Position numbers and translations under genes: made by a program. From NCBI GenBank assembly GCA_964016885.1, contig OZ024740.1, forward strand, positions 195,734,001-195,798,000: a stretch of DNA of 64,000 bases, written 5' to 3'. Positions 1 through 12,984 of this stretch are shown here, one piece after another. This DNA comes from Eledone cirrhosa (taxonomy: Eukaryota). The notes under the pieces are model-generated. The model was not told the origin of the DNA, did not search any database, and was given only the letters and a program-made list of their open reading frames with translations. Position 1 is the stretch's first letter. Each line of letters opens with the position of its first letter.

Positions 1-130
1 AACATGAACACATACACACATGCAAATAGCAGCAGCATGAGAGCCACACAATCGGCTAAAAGTAGCAACTAAATATCTTACAAACTACACTCTACCTTAC
101 TTTTTAAAAAAGCACATATTAGTGAATTAT

Positions 131-260
131 GGTGGTAAATTAGCAGAATCATTATAACATCAGACTTACAGTATTTATTCTAACTTTATGTTCTGAGTTC
201 AAATGCCACTGGGGTCAGCTTAGCTTTTTATCCATTTAAGGTTCATGAAATAAAATACCA
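131..260 (+). mobile_element. Degenerate tRNA-derived SINE (Meta/MESC-like core)
   Basis: A-box-like TAGCAGAATC, B-box GAGTTCAAATGCC, then a degenerate cttttatcc...gttcatgaaataaaatacca core. Same family as 1985-2660. Confidence 0.55.
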
Positions 261-1379
261 ATCCAAGGCAGTAGGTCTGCAGAATTGTTAGTGTTGGACA
301 AAATATCTTGCAATATATATTCCATCTATATATTCAGGGTTCATCTGTGACTACATTGATACCAAACTGTATCTGCCCTGCTGTTTAAGCAGCTGCTGGT
401 CTTCTACAAAACCCCTCGCAGAAAGCCTGCACCATGCAGAGGGAGTTTCCTTAATGCAAATACATGGTAACTACTAACTGGCGAAAGGCTTAGAAGATAA
501 ACTATATTTGAAAAGACAAGTTTAATCACAGCTAGAATACTTTTGATCCAAGGTCTCATTCACCAGTGTTGACAAGAACAACAGCCTTATTGATATCAAA
601 TACTGTACTGGGATGCACTCCACCAAATATAACTGCAAAAGAACAGCAACTATCATACTCAAAACAAGTTCAGCTAGTCTGCTTCCACTGTTGTCACCAA
701 CAGAATCTATAGGTATTCTAGATAAGTTGGATAACAGAATTCTATACACAGCTTTTTAAATAAAACAAGATGGTGATGGTCATGGCTGGAACGGCTTTCA
801 TGATAGGTTTGTTTCCTCAAGCTGAACGGTGACGAAACAACTCTAAACTACATTAGCAGTGGCTCAAAAACTTAACTCACTAAATGTTTTCTTATCTTTC
901 AAACAATATTGGACATGGTCAATGATGTAGTCTGAAAAAAGGGTGTGGTCACGGCTAGAATGTCTTAGAGCATAGACCTGCTCAATTAGGACTCCTCCTT
1001 GGGTTAAACAATAATAACAGGAATGCAAGCATTTAGGAATAGACTGGAGGTGCAGAATAACATATCTAGACGGCCACATCGCATCCCATTCTATGAAGCG
1101 AGTTTCGCGAAATAGGAAAATGAAAACATCTTGTCTCATGCTCTACTTATATATACACCGCGCCCCAGCAGACGAACGAGCCCTAAACCTAAAGGATGAA
1201 AGTTCAGAATAAGCACATCATGTATCTGTCAGTACGCTTTGTTTTTGTTTTGTTTTGCATTGTTTATTTGTTTTTTGCTGTTTTCTGGGGGGGGGGGGGG
1301 GGCTACATATTTGACAGGAGATATGACTATCCTCAAAAATCTTTTCTTTTTCTTTAATTTCAACTTGCAGAGTGATATG

Positions 1380-1595
1380 TTTGTTGTTGTCGTTTAGTAG
1401 TAATTCAGCCCTGGTCAACCAGTCTTATGCTCAAATGCTTTACTGTCGCGACCATTTAATCTTTTCCGGATGTGCAAGGAACTCCGCATTATATTTCCTA
1501 CAAGCTGTTTTAGTTTTGAATATAGTAAAGTGCGATTTTAGGGAGATTTTGTTGCTATTCTGGCAGGTGGAGTACTATGTAGAGGCTATCTGGTA
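1380..1595 (-). mobile_element. SINE 3' part with (AAC)n tail
   Basis: Minus strand reads cctgccagaatagcaacaaaatctccctaaaatcgcac...ctaaacgacaacaacaa. Similar stretches occur at ~55-120 and ~59480-59550. Confidence 0.4.
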
Positions 1596-1984
1596 ACGGA
1601 TGGGTGAAGGAAAAGTTTTATAATCAACATAAGGAGCGTGGGGCGTTAAATATAACAGCGAACATAGTGATCTTGAGAAAGAACGCGAATTACAAAACAG
1701 GGTTTATATAACGTGGATCCGGACAAAAAAAAAACATTGAATTTAGCTCTAAGGTTCTCGTGAAGACAGGGTCAAATGTTTGCTGGTGGTGTCAGTGGCT
1801 TGGAACAAAAAAAAAAAATAACTAAAGAATGGATTGTCTTTTTTTCTCTTCGAAGACAAGTGCCCGGTATATTAGATTTTTCACTCTACACAGAAAATTA
1901 ACATTATTTTTTGTCTACAGACTTTTATAGACTAACTTTTACCGACGAAGGCCAATATTAGTTTCCTTGGACTCCGGATAGTAA

Positions 1985-2665
1985 CTAAATAGTGGTTTCT
2001 AAATTTTGGCAAAACTAGCAATTTGGAAAGTCGATTACATCGATCTCAGTGTTTGACAGGTACTTTATTTTATCGACACCGAAAAGATGAAAGGTAAAGT
2101 TGGCCTGAGCAGAGTTTGAACTCTTCGTAACTAAATAATTGTTTCTACTTTAGGCAGAAGGCCAGCAAATACCCAGTGCATTACTGGTACTTCATTTTAT
2201 CGACCCCGTAAGGATGAAAGGCAAAGTCAACCTCGGCGGGATTTGAACTCAGATCATAAAGGGACGTAACTATGCTGGAAAGCATGGTGTCCGACTCTCT
2301 ACTGATACTGCCAATCCACCAACTAAATAATTGTTTCTACGTTAGGCACAAGGCCAGCAATTACCCAGTGCATTACTGGTACTTTATTTTATCGACCCCG
2401 TAAGGATGAAAGGCAAAGTCAACCTCGGCGGGATTTGAACTCAGATCGTAAAGGGGCGTAAACTAAATAATTGTTTCTACTTTTGGCACAAGGCCAGCAA
2501 TTAACCCAGTGTATTACTGGTACTTTATTTTATCGACCCCGTAAGGATGAAAGGCAAAGTTAACCTCGGCGGGATTTGAACTCAGAATGGAAAGGGCCGT
2601 AACTCCATGCTGCACAGCATGGCGTCAGACTCTCTAACGATTCTGCCAAGTCACCGCCGTAAACT
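1985..2665 (-). mobile_element. Cluster of ~4 tandem tRNA-derived SINE copies (Meta/MESC-type core)
   Basis: Repeated block aactaaataattgtttctac...tatcgaccccgtaaggatgaaaggcaaagt(c/t)aacctcggcgggatttgaactcag. On minus it has A box TGGCAGAATCGTTAG, B box GAGTTCAAATCCC and core GCCTTTCATCCTTACGGGGTCGATAAAA. Confidence 0.8.
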
Positions 2666-2873
2666 AAATAATGAAATACATTTTCGTCTGAACTATTGTC
2701 TCGACTATATCTCAAACTAAATGAAAAGAGTTATTTAGAAAAAAAACTAACAGAGGTAATGTTGTTTTTTGTCCACTTTCATTTGCATGACAAGAAAGAC
2801 AGAACCATAAGGAATACCAGCAAAAGTATGAATTGTCAAACAGCCCAAATAAAATGACAAAAATATAACTCAC

Positions 2874-3163
2874 TTTGCCGTCTTTAACAACGGGTGACGA
2901 GTTCCAACTAATTTCCTCATCTGAAGAGCAATGTTAGACAGTTCATCGCTCAGGAGGTACCGGAGACTTAAAAATGAGGTAGGGTAGCCAACTACTTTTT
3001 CAGCTTCAGACACAGCTTTTTTCCAGTCAGGACTGGAATTTGAACGCCAGGAAGAAAACATGTTATTAACCAGTATTGGTGTACTCCTTTGGGTTGGGCA
3101 GAGTAAAGTAACATGGTGCCATTTAGGACCGAATGGCCTTAACTTTAATACTATACCGTTCAT
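2874..3163 (-). CDS. PDSS2: All-trans-decaprenyl-diphosphate synthase subunit 2, first coding exon
   Basis: [50 protein letters not shown] matches the recognisable N-terminal block of metazoan PDSS2. It is preceded by a basic, transit-peptide-like leader. The exon ends at a canonical donor GCA AA|GTGAGT (GT at 2873-2872), so the ORF-track stop is intronic. No further exons were recognised in 1-2873. Confidence 0.9.
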
Positions 3164-4020
3164 GTTGTCAACAAGTAAAACATGTGCGGTCTAGAAGGTC
3201 GTCAGCGAACTAACATCTCTTACATGATGCACAAATTATAAACATTTCGTATTATATTCATAACATTAGAAAGCAAATAAAAGAACGAATTAAATTTTAT
3301 GTTTAAAATATTTTAAATCCCCTGTATATTAAAATTTGAGAAATTAAAAAGATGAAATACATCAATTTTGAAGGATACGTCAATGATGTAAGAGGCCTTC
3401 ACATGTTGTTGTTGAAAGTGAAATTATTTGTTTTCCTTCGCTACCGAACAAGATATAAGATGTTATTCAACTATAATGACTGAGTGAATATACTTATTAT
3501 ACAAAGATTGATATGCGTGGAACCCAGTTTTCCTTTTTTTTCCGCGTTATTTCCTGTGTATCTACCTGCACGTTTATATTTTAGCATCTAACGATGTGTG
3601 TGTATTAGCAACACGACGAGATGTGTCCGAAAACCTGTTGGAATTCAGTCAATTTACATTGTTGATAGCCCTGGGGAAAGCATAAAGGTCACAGCATCTT
3701 ATTTAACCTTCTCCTAAAATATAAATCATTTGTGCTTAATCAAAAAGAAATCGCCTTTTTTTTTTTTTTTAAAATAACTCTAATAGACATTTGTTCCTTT
3801 TATGTATCCTTAATATTTCGACACCATTGTTATTAGGAAATATTTATTTTTGTTTCCATTGGTTTATCAACGTATTTGTATCTAGAAAAACAAACATCTA
3901 CATACCTTCTCTATTCTGTCCGCCGGGGCCGCGGGGCGGCGTGTGGGCCCCCCATTCGTTTATAATAGTGAGTGGTGGGGAGAGCGAGAGAGACAGGAGC
4001 AGTGAGTGAAAGTATTTTAT

Positions 4021-5205
4021 TACTAATAATAATGAAATTATTGTGTAAAGTGCTCAGGTGCACTACAACTCGTCAAAGGTGCATGTATAGTACATAGAAT
4101 AATATACAAATGTCAGGGAAGTGAATAGTGTATCAGTCATGATATACATGTGTGTATGTGTATGGAGGGGGAACATTAGGTGTAGTGTTGGCGAATCTCG
4201 GGAAGCATGGAGGTTTTAAAGGATGCAGTGTCTCGACAGCTAACAACTGATGCAGGTAGTTTGTTCCATGCTTCAGCAACTCTGGGCGTGAAAAAATGTT
4301 TCCGAAAGTCATGGGAGCTGTGCTGTTTTCTGACTTTGTGGACATGTCCACGTGTGTTAGACACATGGAAATCAAAGAAGTACTCAGGGTTGTTGGCAAG
4401 ATGGTTAACAATTTTGTGGGTGTTTACCAAGTCAGTTGCCAGACGTCGGAGCTTCAAAGTATCCATGCCCAGAGCAACAAGGCGTTCAGAGTATGGTAGA
4501 TGCCTGATGGAGGGTATTCGCTTGGTTGCACGTCTCTGAACACTTTCCAGGCGGTCAATGTTCTGAGCAAGATAGGGGTTCCAGACTGGTGATGCAAATT
4601 CTAAGTGTGGCCGCACCATAGCCATGTACAGCCTTAAATAGATAGCTAGAGAGCGGCTGACAAAGGTCTTGCTGAGTGATGCTAAGACACCCTCAGCCCT
4701 CTTGCTAATTTTAGAGACGTGCTTCGTCCAACGCAAATCGCTGCTGACAGTAATGCCCAGGTCACGTTCACAAGAAGACTTCTTGATATTAGTGCTGTGG
4801 AGGGAGTATGTGGACGCTGGGTTTTTACTCCCAAAATGCATGGTGGTGCACTTGTCCACAGCTAGCTTGAGCTGCCAGTCTGAGATCCATTGTTGCATTG
4901 TGTCCAGGTCAGACTGCAAGCAAGATCTATAGTGTTCAGGACCTGTCCTTTTTATCTTGATGTCATCTGCGTACTTTAGTACTGTGGCATTCTTTAAGTT
5001 GGCATCTATGTCATTAATATATGCCACACACAAAAGGGGGCCAAGAACAGATCCCTGTGGTACACCAGATGACATCTCATATGGTGAGGAATGCTGTCCC
5101 AGAACCGTGACTACCTCTCTTCGACTGAGAATGAAGGACTTCAACCAGTTAAAAAGATCACATACTCCCTCCACGGCACTAATATCAAGATGTCTTCTTG
5201 TGAAC
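4021..5205 (-). mobile_element. 5'-truncated CR1-clade LINE (RT C-terminal half and 3' UTR)
   Basis: Near-identical to 6100-7252. Contains GVPQGSVLGP and YADD, a 12-nt deletion relative to the full copy and an (ATT)n tail. A 47-bp inverted segment caps the 5' junction. Confidence 0.92.
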
Positions 5206-5504
5206 ATCTTGTTTGGTATCACCTTTAACTTTCTAAATGTTCTAATATAAAATATACCGTTTGGAAAGCGAAAATATACCAACCCAGAATTTTTGAGATC
5301 CACATAACTATCATACCACATAGTGATAATATAGCTAACTAAAAGTTGTCAAAATACTATGAGCAATACTATCATAACAAACATCTAGCAGCAGTTCTCA
5401 AACTGACATATTAGTAAAATTTCATATTAGTAAACCTTCCATATTAGTAAAATTCTTCCCCATCTTCGTTAATGAGAAAACAAAATAAAACTATGTAATA
5501 TAAA

Positions 5505-5635
5505 CGAATTGGCAGTCATTAGAACGTCGGATAGAGTGCTTTGTGGTATTCGTTCCGGCTCTCTGAGTTCAAATCCCGCTGAAGTCCACTTTGCTTTTCA
5601 TTCTTTCGAAGTTGATAAAACAAAAGTACCAGGAG
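5505..5635 (+). mobile_element. tRNA-derived SINE (same family as 1985-2665)
   Basis: TGGCAGTCATTAG...GAGTTCAAATCCCGC...GCTTTTCATTCTTTCGAAGTTGATAAAACAAAAGTACCAG. Confidence 0.7.
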
Positions 5636-6255
5636 TTGATTTTTCCTCTGTATCTCTTTCTCACTTCCATTCTCTCACTATCCTTCTCTGGGTGAAATTG
5701 CTGTAGTCAGGCCTGGAGAAGGGTGGGCTCCGCCAGGCTTAAAATGCCCAAAAAACACTGTATATCAATACGGCACCCTAGAAGTTACGGAACCATACTA
5801 TATCAGATAACATAACCCGTCACCAGAGGAGTGGGGTTGGACACTGAATGGCACTGCTCCCTTACTTTTCAGTTGAGCACCCTCAGATTTACAATGATAT
5901 TCTTATAACGAAACTCCGCCTTAGAATTATTCCGAATTGGAGTGTCCACTCTGAGTTTTATGAAGCCCTCTAGCAGTAGAGCCTAGCGACGGGCTTGGAT
6001 TCAACAGTATAATATTATAACAGTAATGACTATATAAAAAAAAACACCTTAGTATCCCTTCAAATTCTAGAGCCATTCGAATTGTCATATAATAATAATA
6101 ATAATATAATAATGAAATTATTGTGTAAAGTGCTCAGGTGCACTACAACTCGTCAAAGGTGAATATATAGTACATAGAATAATATACAAATGTCAGGGAA
6201 GTGAATAGTGTATCAGTCATGGTATACATGTGTGTATGTGTATGGAGGGGGAACA

Positions 6256-9060
6256 TTAGGTGTAATGTTGGCGAATCTCGGGAAGCATGGAGGTTCTAAA
6301 GGATGCAGTGTCTCGACAGCTAACAACTGATGCAGGTAGTTTGTTCCATGCTTCAGCAACTCTGAGCGTGAAAAAATGTTTCCGAAAGTCATGGGAACTG
6401 TGCTGTTTTCTGACTTTGTGGGTATGTCCACGTGTGTTAGACACATGGAAATCAAAAAGGTACTCAGGGTTGTTGGCAAGATGGTTAACAATTTTGTGGG
6501 TGTTTACCAAGTCAGTTGCCAGACGTCGGAGCTTCAATGTATCCATGCCCAGGGAAGCAAGGCGTTCAGAGTATGGTAGATGCCTGATGGAGGGTATTCG
6601 CTTGGTTGCACGTCTCTGAACAGTTTCCAGGCGGTCAATGTTCTGAGCAAGATAGGGGTTCCAGACTGGTGATGCAAATTCTAAGTGTGGCCACACCATA
6701 GCCATGTACAGCCTTAAATAGATATCTGGAGAGCGGCTGACAAAGGTCTTGCTGAGTGATGCTAAGACACCTTCGGCCTTCTTGACAATTTTAGAGACGT
6801 GCTTCGTCCAACCCAAATCGCTGCTGACAGTAATGCCCAGGTCACGTTCACAAGAAGACTTCTTGATATTAGTTCTGTGGAGGGAGTATGTGAACGCTGG
6901 GTTTTTATTCCCAAAATGCATGGTGGTGTACTTGTCCACAGCTAGCTTGAGTTGCCAGTCTGAGATCCATTGTTGCATTGTGTCCAGGTCAGACTGCAAG
7001 CAAGATCTATAGTGTTCAGGACCTGTCCTTTTTATCTCAAGGTACAGCTTGATGTCATCTGCATACTTTAGTACCGTGGCATTCTTTAAGTTGGCATCTA
7101 TGTCATTAATATATGCCACAAACAAAAGGGGGCCAAGAACAGATCCCTGTGGTACACCAGATGACATCTCATATGGTGAGGAATGCTGTCCCAGAACCGT
7201 GACTACCTCTCTTCGACTGAGAATGAAGGACTTCAACCAGTTAAAAAGATCATCCTTCACACCCATTGCAGAGAGTTTTGCCATAAGCCTTTGGTGTGGC
7301 ACAGAATTGAAGGCTTTCGCAAAGTCAAGGTAAACAACATCCACCCATGAGCCGCCATCAGTGATCCGGGTGATGTCCTCAAGAAACTCTATAAGTTGAT
7401 CACAGCAGCTGGAGTTGGGGATAAATCCAAATTGCGAGGGCCGGATAAGACTGTGAGAGCTCCAGAAGTTCCAAAGTGTTTCTCTGACACAGGATTCCAT
7501 CAGTTTGGCGATGCAACTAGTAAGACTGACTGGGCGGTAGTTCACAGGTGATGTGCATTCACCCTTTTTGAACATTGGAATGACATTGGCAGTTTTCCAC
7601 TGTTCTGGAGTAGCACCGTTGTTCAGACAGAATTGAAAGAAGCGTGATAACTGGTGCAGAAGGAAGTACCCACCACATTTAAGAAGCAGGTACGTAGGAG
7701 AGGCATGGTTGCGTTTATTTTTTAGGTGACGTCGCAGCATTGCAGGTGTAAATTCCATGGTTGTAATAGAGTCCGGTGTCATAGGTGGTGGAGATGGTAC
7801 ACTCTGGTCTTCAATAGTGAAAATGCCTGCATAGCATTCAGCAATGAGCTCTGCGCATTCCTTGGGGTCGTCAGTAACCTGGCTTGTGTGGGGATTGCGA
7901 AGAGGACCAACTGGAGAGTGAGGCCTCTGCTTTGAGTGAATATACTTCCAGAACACCTTACTGTCAGGGCTGGTTGCTATGCGCTGCTCAAATTAAAGCA
8001 CTGCCTTTTTTGTCACCTGTTTGAGGTGGTTGGATGATCTATTTCGCCTCTTCCTATTAATGTCTGATTTGTGAAGTTTGTACTCACGTTCAGCATTGCG
8101 CCTTTCTTTTCTGGCAAGACAGACTGCTGCAGTCTCCCAAATTGCACTTTTGGGATGTTTTTTTCCACTTACGTGGCACCGATGCTGCACATGCTGTCCA
8201 TATTGAGCTCAGGATGTTCTGGAGTACAGTGTTGACATCTCCAGAATCGTAGAACTCAAGCCAGTTTGGCCGTTGCTACTCGGTGCAGTAACAGTTCCAG
8301 TTTGCTTTATTCCAGTCAAAGTGAGCAGTTTGGAGATGGTTGTGGTTCTTGTAACTGCCCATGAGGGATAGATTGGCAATGATCATAGCATGATCAGAGT
8401 CATCTAAAGGTTCCTCAACAGTAACACTAATGACCGTTTCAGGAGTAGTGGTGAAGAGTAGGTCCAAAGTGTTGTCACCTCTTGTTGGAGAGGTGACCAC
8501 TTGGGACCAACTCGAGTCCAGCACTAGCACAAGGAAGTCATTTGCACTTGGCGGCCAACGAAAGGTTTCCCAGTCAATCTCAGGGTGATTGAAGTCTCCT
8601 GCAATGAAAACATAAGTGGCTGTCTTCCTGGCAGCAGCTCTGAGGATATCACAAAGTTGAGTGTCCTGATGGTAATTTGGGGGACGGTAAACGACTCCAA
8701 GTAGCAGTGTTGACATGGTCATAAGTATATCGCAGAAAAAAACTTCCTGCTGTGATTGGTTCAAATCAACACAAGGAATTGCCGACAGATTTGACCGAAC
8801 GTAGACCATTACACCACCACCACGACGATTAATGCGGTCTTTACGAAACAGGTTGTAGCCAGTCATGCTGAAAACCCCATCACAGAGTAAGGGATGTGCC
8901 CAAGTTTCCGTGACTGTAATGAAGTCAGGGTTGATACTTTTGATGTAGGAGTCAAAAAGATGAATCTTATTGCATAGACTACGTGCATTCAAGGACAACA
9001 ATTTGTACCTTGATTCCAGTCTATGATTATGTGCAGGGGATGGCAGGTTGTTCTGATTTA
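6256..9060 (-). pseudogene. CR1 ORF2p (APE endonuclease and reverse transcriptase)
   Basis: NARSL, VTETW, GGGV, VYRPP, GDFN, LDL and SDH endonuclease motifs. NYRPVSL, QFGF, LDFAKAF, PQGSVLGP and YADD RT motifs. Frameshifts lie in the 7960-8280 linker. Confidence 0.9.
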
Positions 9061-10321
9061 GTTTCCCAGAGTTTTTTCAGTTTCTTTATTGTCAGTTGTT
9101 GTGGGTACAGTGTTTTCAGACCAGCTGGTGTCTCTTTTCCATGTTTCACCAGCCTTAACAAACTTCCATATCTGCCCATCATCTCGTAGGCTGAAGCTTT
9201 CATGTTCTGCCAAGCTGCGGTTTAAGGAAGCTGCAGCACGCAACTTTGGGCGGACATCAGGTGGAAGACCAGGGCGTGTTCGGAAAGCAATCCAACTTTC
9301 ACGCCTAGCTTTATCAGAGGCTACAAGGTATGAACGTGCCTCAGTTGAGTTTGAAAATGACAGTCTAATTAGCCTGGGTTTCGGGCCTGGTCGGCCAAGG
9401 CGTAGAGCACCCTTTGCGGGAGCACAGCCCAAGTCTTTGGATGAACTGGCAGCAAATGCCTGAAGATCAACTATGTCTTCTGGTACACCAATGGCAATCA
9501 CTTCGTGGTTTGCAGATTCAGTGGCATTCTCAATGCATCTAGGTTTAACATGAGGTACGCGGAGATTTTTTAACAAGGCACTCCGGTAAGATCCCTTATT
9601 ATGGGGTTCTACACGAACTCTTGATTTTATTCCCGCTATTTCTCGGCTTAAAGCGGAAATCATTTGCCGTATTTCCTCAAACTCCGTATTGACGGTCGGT
9701 TTTTGTTGTTGTTCTTCTCCTTCAACAAGCATGGTAGAAGACACAGTCGTCGGTTATTGTTGTTGAAAAGTAACGGGTGAGGAAGACATGGGTTGCTGTT
9801 GTTGATGAAAGTCCTTCAACGAGGGTAGTAGCAGAAGCTACGGTCGTTGGTTTTTGCTGTTGTTCAGGAAGACACGATCCTCGGTTTTTGTTGTTGTTCA
9901 GGAACAATGGTAGAAGAAGACACGATCCTCGGTTTTTGTTGTTGTTGTTGTTCGGGAACAATGGTAGAAGACACGATCTTCGGTTTTTGTTGTTGTTCCG
10001 CAGCAATGGGAGAGGCATACAGTCCAGGCACTGAAAGGACCAAATTGTTAGCTGGACCATCTGCCAGAGTCTATCCATCATAGCAATATGATGTTTCTTG
10101 TTTTGGCCTGGAATCTTCCGGAAGCCTGTGGCGCATTGAAGGCAGACAGAGATGTGACAGGTTCCACATTCGACCCAGCGATTACGGAACGAATTTTCGG
10201 GTTCCGTACAGATATGGCAGATGTAATCTTCTGGGCAATGTTCTATTTTGGAACATCGACCAGTTTTGTCGCATACTTCATCGATGGATATCACCATGGC
10301 AATTTTGTTATTTCTACCCAT
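9058..10321 (-). pseudogene. CR1 ORF1p (PHD-type Cys finger, EQQQKP repeats, coiled coil), split across frames
   Basis: CHIC...WVECGTC...CLQC...FQCLDC motif. ~45-55 bp tandem repeats at ~9840-10000 encode EQQQKPRIVSSSTIVP in one frame. C-terminal IGVPE...RLGRPGPKPRLIRL is typical of CR1/L2 ORF1. Confidence 0.8.
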
Positions 10322-10999
10322 CCGTAGAAAAACACAGAATGTAAACAATATAGGTTTAGCGCACTTGATTACGATAGAAATAAATGTCTGTTTTTTGTTT
10401 TGTTTTTTTTTGTGTATTTTGTTTCCGTTTTCCTAAATGTTCAGAAGAGTCTGCGCATGAAACAAATAAATATGCTGCGTAAGTTAAATGAAACGTACTG
10501 TAGAAGGCAACAGTTTATTAACAGCGAAATAACGTTTTTTTCCTGATACTGCTTCTTTATAATAAACTTTCAATAATATTTTTCAAATTATTAACTTTCA
10601 GCTGCTAGTATATATATATAATTAAAAGGTGTATGTGGGTTAGAAGCGAAGTCAATGTTCAGAGATATTTTACAAATGTACGTAAGATTGGCCGGTATAG
10701 TATTTGTAATGTTATTTATGCATATATTTAAAACATATTTGTTCTGTTATTCTACTGTAAATTTATTTATATGCTCTGTATAATAAAAAGACCAGCTACG
10801 TATTTATTTTAGTCAGTTACTTTGTATGTGTAAATATATCACAATCTAAAATATCTATTACACACATAGTAATAATAAATACAAAGACCAAAATCTGAAG
10901 GGCTCGATAAGGATTGTATATAAAGTGAAATTCCGTTATAACAAAATTATGAGGTATAAAAAAAATCGTTGTAACGAAAAATTCTTTATACCGAGATCG

Positions 11000-11190
11000 A
11001 CCTCACACCGCTCGTCTCTTGACATAGCTCCATGCTGTTCGGAGCCACCCTGCGATTCGATAGTAGTCCAACAATTTCTCACATTAAAAAAAGGTTCTCG
11101 TCTGTCCAGTTCTGGGACTTCATTTCTCCTCCGAAATACCAATGTCTCCATCTTATCTTTTCGCAGCCTAAGTGCCAACGCTGTTCCTCC
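11000..11190 (-). mobile_element. Degenerate fragment of the Gypsy family at 53675-57841 (RT-RNase H linker)
   Basis: Minus strand CTTAGGCTGC...GTATTTCGGAGGAGAAATGAAGTCCCAGAACTGG...GGGTGGCTCCGAACAGCATGGAGCTATGTCAAGAGACGAGCGG aligns by eye with 55858-56038. Confidence 0.8.
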
Positions 11191-12984
11191 TGAAAGAGAT
11201 TACCCCTCTTTCTCAAGAGACAATTCTAATAGACAAAACATTCAAGAGGCTATGAAAGAAGAGAACAGAAATTGCTTTAGCCGGAAAGTAGATTTTTAGA
11301 GAACTAATTAAGAAAAGAAAAAAAATTGATGTGGGAAAAAATATTGGTTTGAATAGTTCCAGACTCGCCCTGACCTTTCGTATATTTAGTTTTTTGAAGG
11401 GACTGGAGTGAGAGATAGGCATTATTTTGATATTGTCTCGCATATAAATTATTTTGTGAGTGGCATGTGTACTATGTATCATAAAGACATACAAAGAATT
11501 ATGTTCAGATTGTGTAAGCTCAAAGCAAACTGAATCCACAATCCGGTTTCAATTACCAGTGTCAATTGATGTTACAACTATTTTCCTTTCCGCAAGAAAT
11601 TAATTTGTTCAAACATACCGTTTATCTAAAAGCTGACCATTCATTATTTTTTCTAGTTGAATTTAATAGAATGCAAACTTTTATACTTTTAAATCAGGGG
11701 AGGCCACCAATATGATTGACTGACTTGTGTTTTATCAGTCAGCTGTTTTTAGATATTCTTTGATTTTTTTTTTATTTAACATCTTCTTCTCATTTAGAAA
11801 ATATGGTTTCGACGATTCGATACAATTCAGGTCAGTCTTTAGCTAAGTATGGTCATTTGGTACCTGGTAAGAGTAATTAGACTCATAGCAAGGTAGAGAT
11901 GATTCTCTTGAGTATCGATCATTAAAAACAAAGGAGTGGTGCTAATATACAATGGGACTCCCATCGATTTACTTTCATTATAAAATGTTCTTAAATTAAA
12001 AAATTAAAAACAAACTATAATCTTTGTTTCTCTAAAAAGATAACATTATGGTAAATTCACAGAACATCCTATTCGATTTCAGTGGGAAAACTATTTTTTT
12101 CCTCGTTTATTTATTTATTTATTTTTTTTTTTCGTATGCTATCAACTAATCTAACCTCTAAGATTCTGGCAAGCAACTTTTTTCCGGGAGAAACGAGGGG
12201 GTGCCCCTCTCCTCGGAGTTTCCTCTCCGTTTTCGCGTTATCAACGAATATGAACTCAAACCAGTCGGAACCGATTAGATTTGTAGAAAAAGTGTAGCGA
12301 AAGAAATGTTTTTTCATGGTTTTCTTCTCCCTTACGGATACTGCCACCAAGTAAGCGACCTGCGACCTCGCAGAGAAGACAAATTCTTCTGATAGTAGGA
12401 ATTACGGCTCCAGTACTTGGAAGGAGAACATATTTAAGGGTCATCTGTTATCTATCAGTAAAATAACTAGCAGTCATTAGAAATAGGCTTTCCTGTGGTC
12501 CTAATACTCAGTCACTGCCTCTTCTAGACAACAAAGTTCAATACCACTTTGCTTGTATAACACAATCTCACCATATAAGAGTTTACTACTACCTCTGCTG
12601 GTACATACTATCTGACTACAACTTGTCACTTTTTAAGGGAACATCCTATGATAAATAAAGAGACCCTCACACAACCCAGAAGCCTTGTTGAACACTATAT
12701 TTATTTGTGAAGAGTATAATCAAACTTTATATTTATGATTCGAAATAATCATATTTTTTTCTTTTTTGCTGAAGTGAAGTAAAGATATATATTCAACCAG
12801 AATTGTTGGTATTTGTCGTGTTCATAATTTAATCCTCAACTCTTAAAACCTCGCTTCAAAAGTAAGGTGAAAAGGGACGAGAAGACCATCGGAGTTTCGC
12901 CGATCTACACACCTCTCGTTTTTGGTGGGAAATAATTATCTTTCTTTGTATTTTCCTGGACCTCTTAGATGCTTGCAATCGACG

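Larger units (their letters stand above)
6088..10440 (-). mobile_element. Near full-length CR1-clade non-LTR retrotransposon (ORF1 PHD finger; ORF2 APE endonuclease and RT), frameshift-damaged
   Basis: Ordered ORF1 (10321-9058), endonuclease (9001-8276) and RT (7956-6256), followed by a 3' UTR and (ATT)n tail at ~6088-6112. The 5' boundary is approximate. Confidence 0.92.

Noticed and set aside
3918-3954. Short GC-rich patch upstream of PDSS2 as a promoter GC box
   Set aside because: Plausible but unsupported. It is ~750 bp from the ATG, next to a LINE tail, and there is no TSS evidence.
4176-5321. 381-aa ORF as a novel RT fusion gene
   Set aside because: Its N-terminal ~54 codons are flanking DNA plus the inverted 47-bp piece, open by chance, and it starts at a non-ATG codon.
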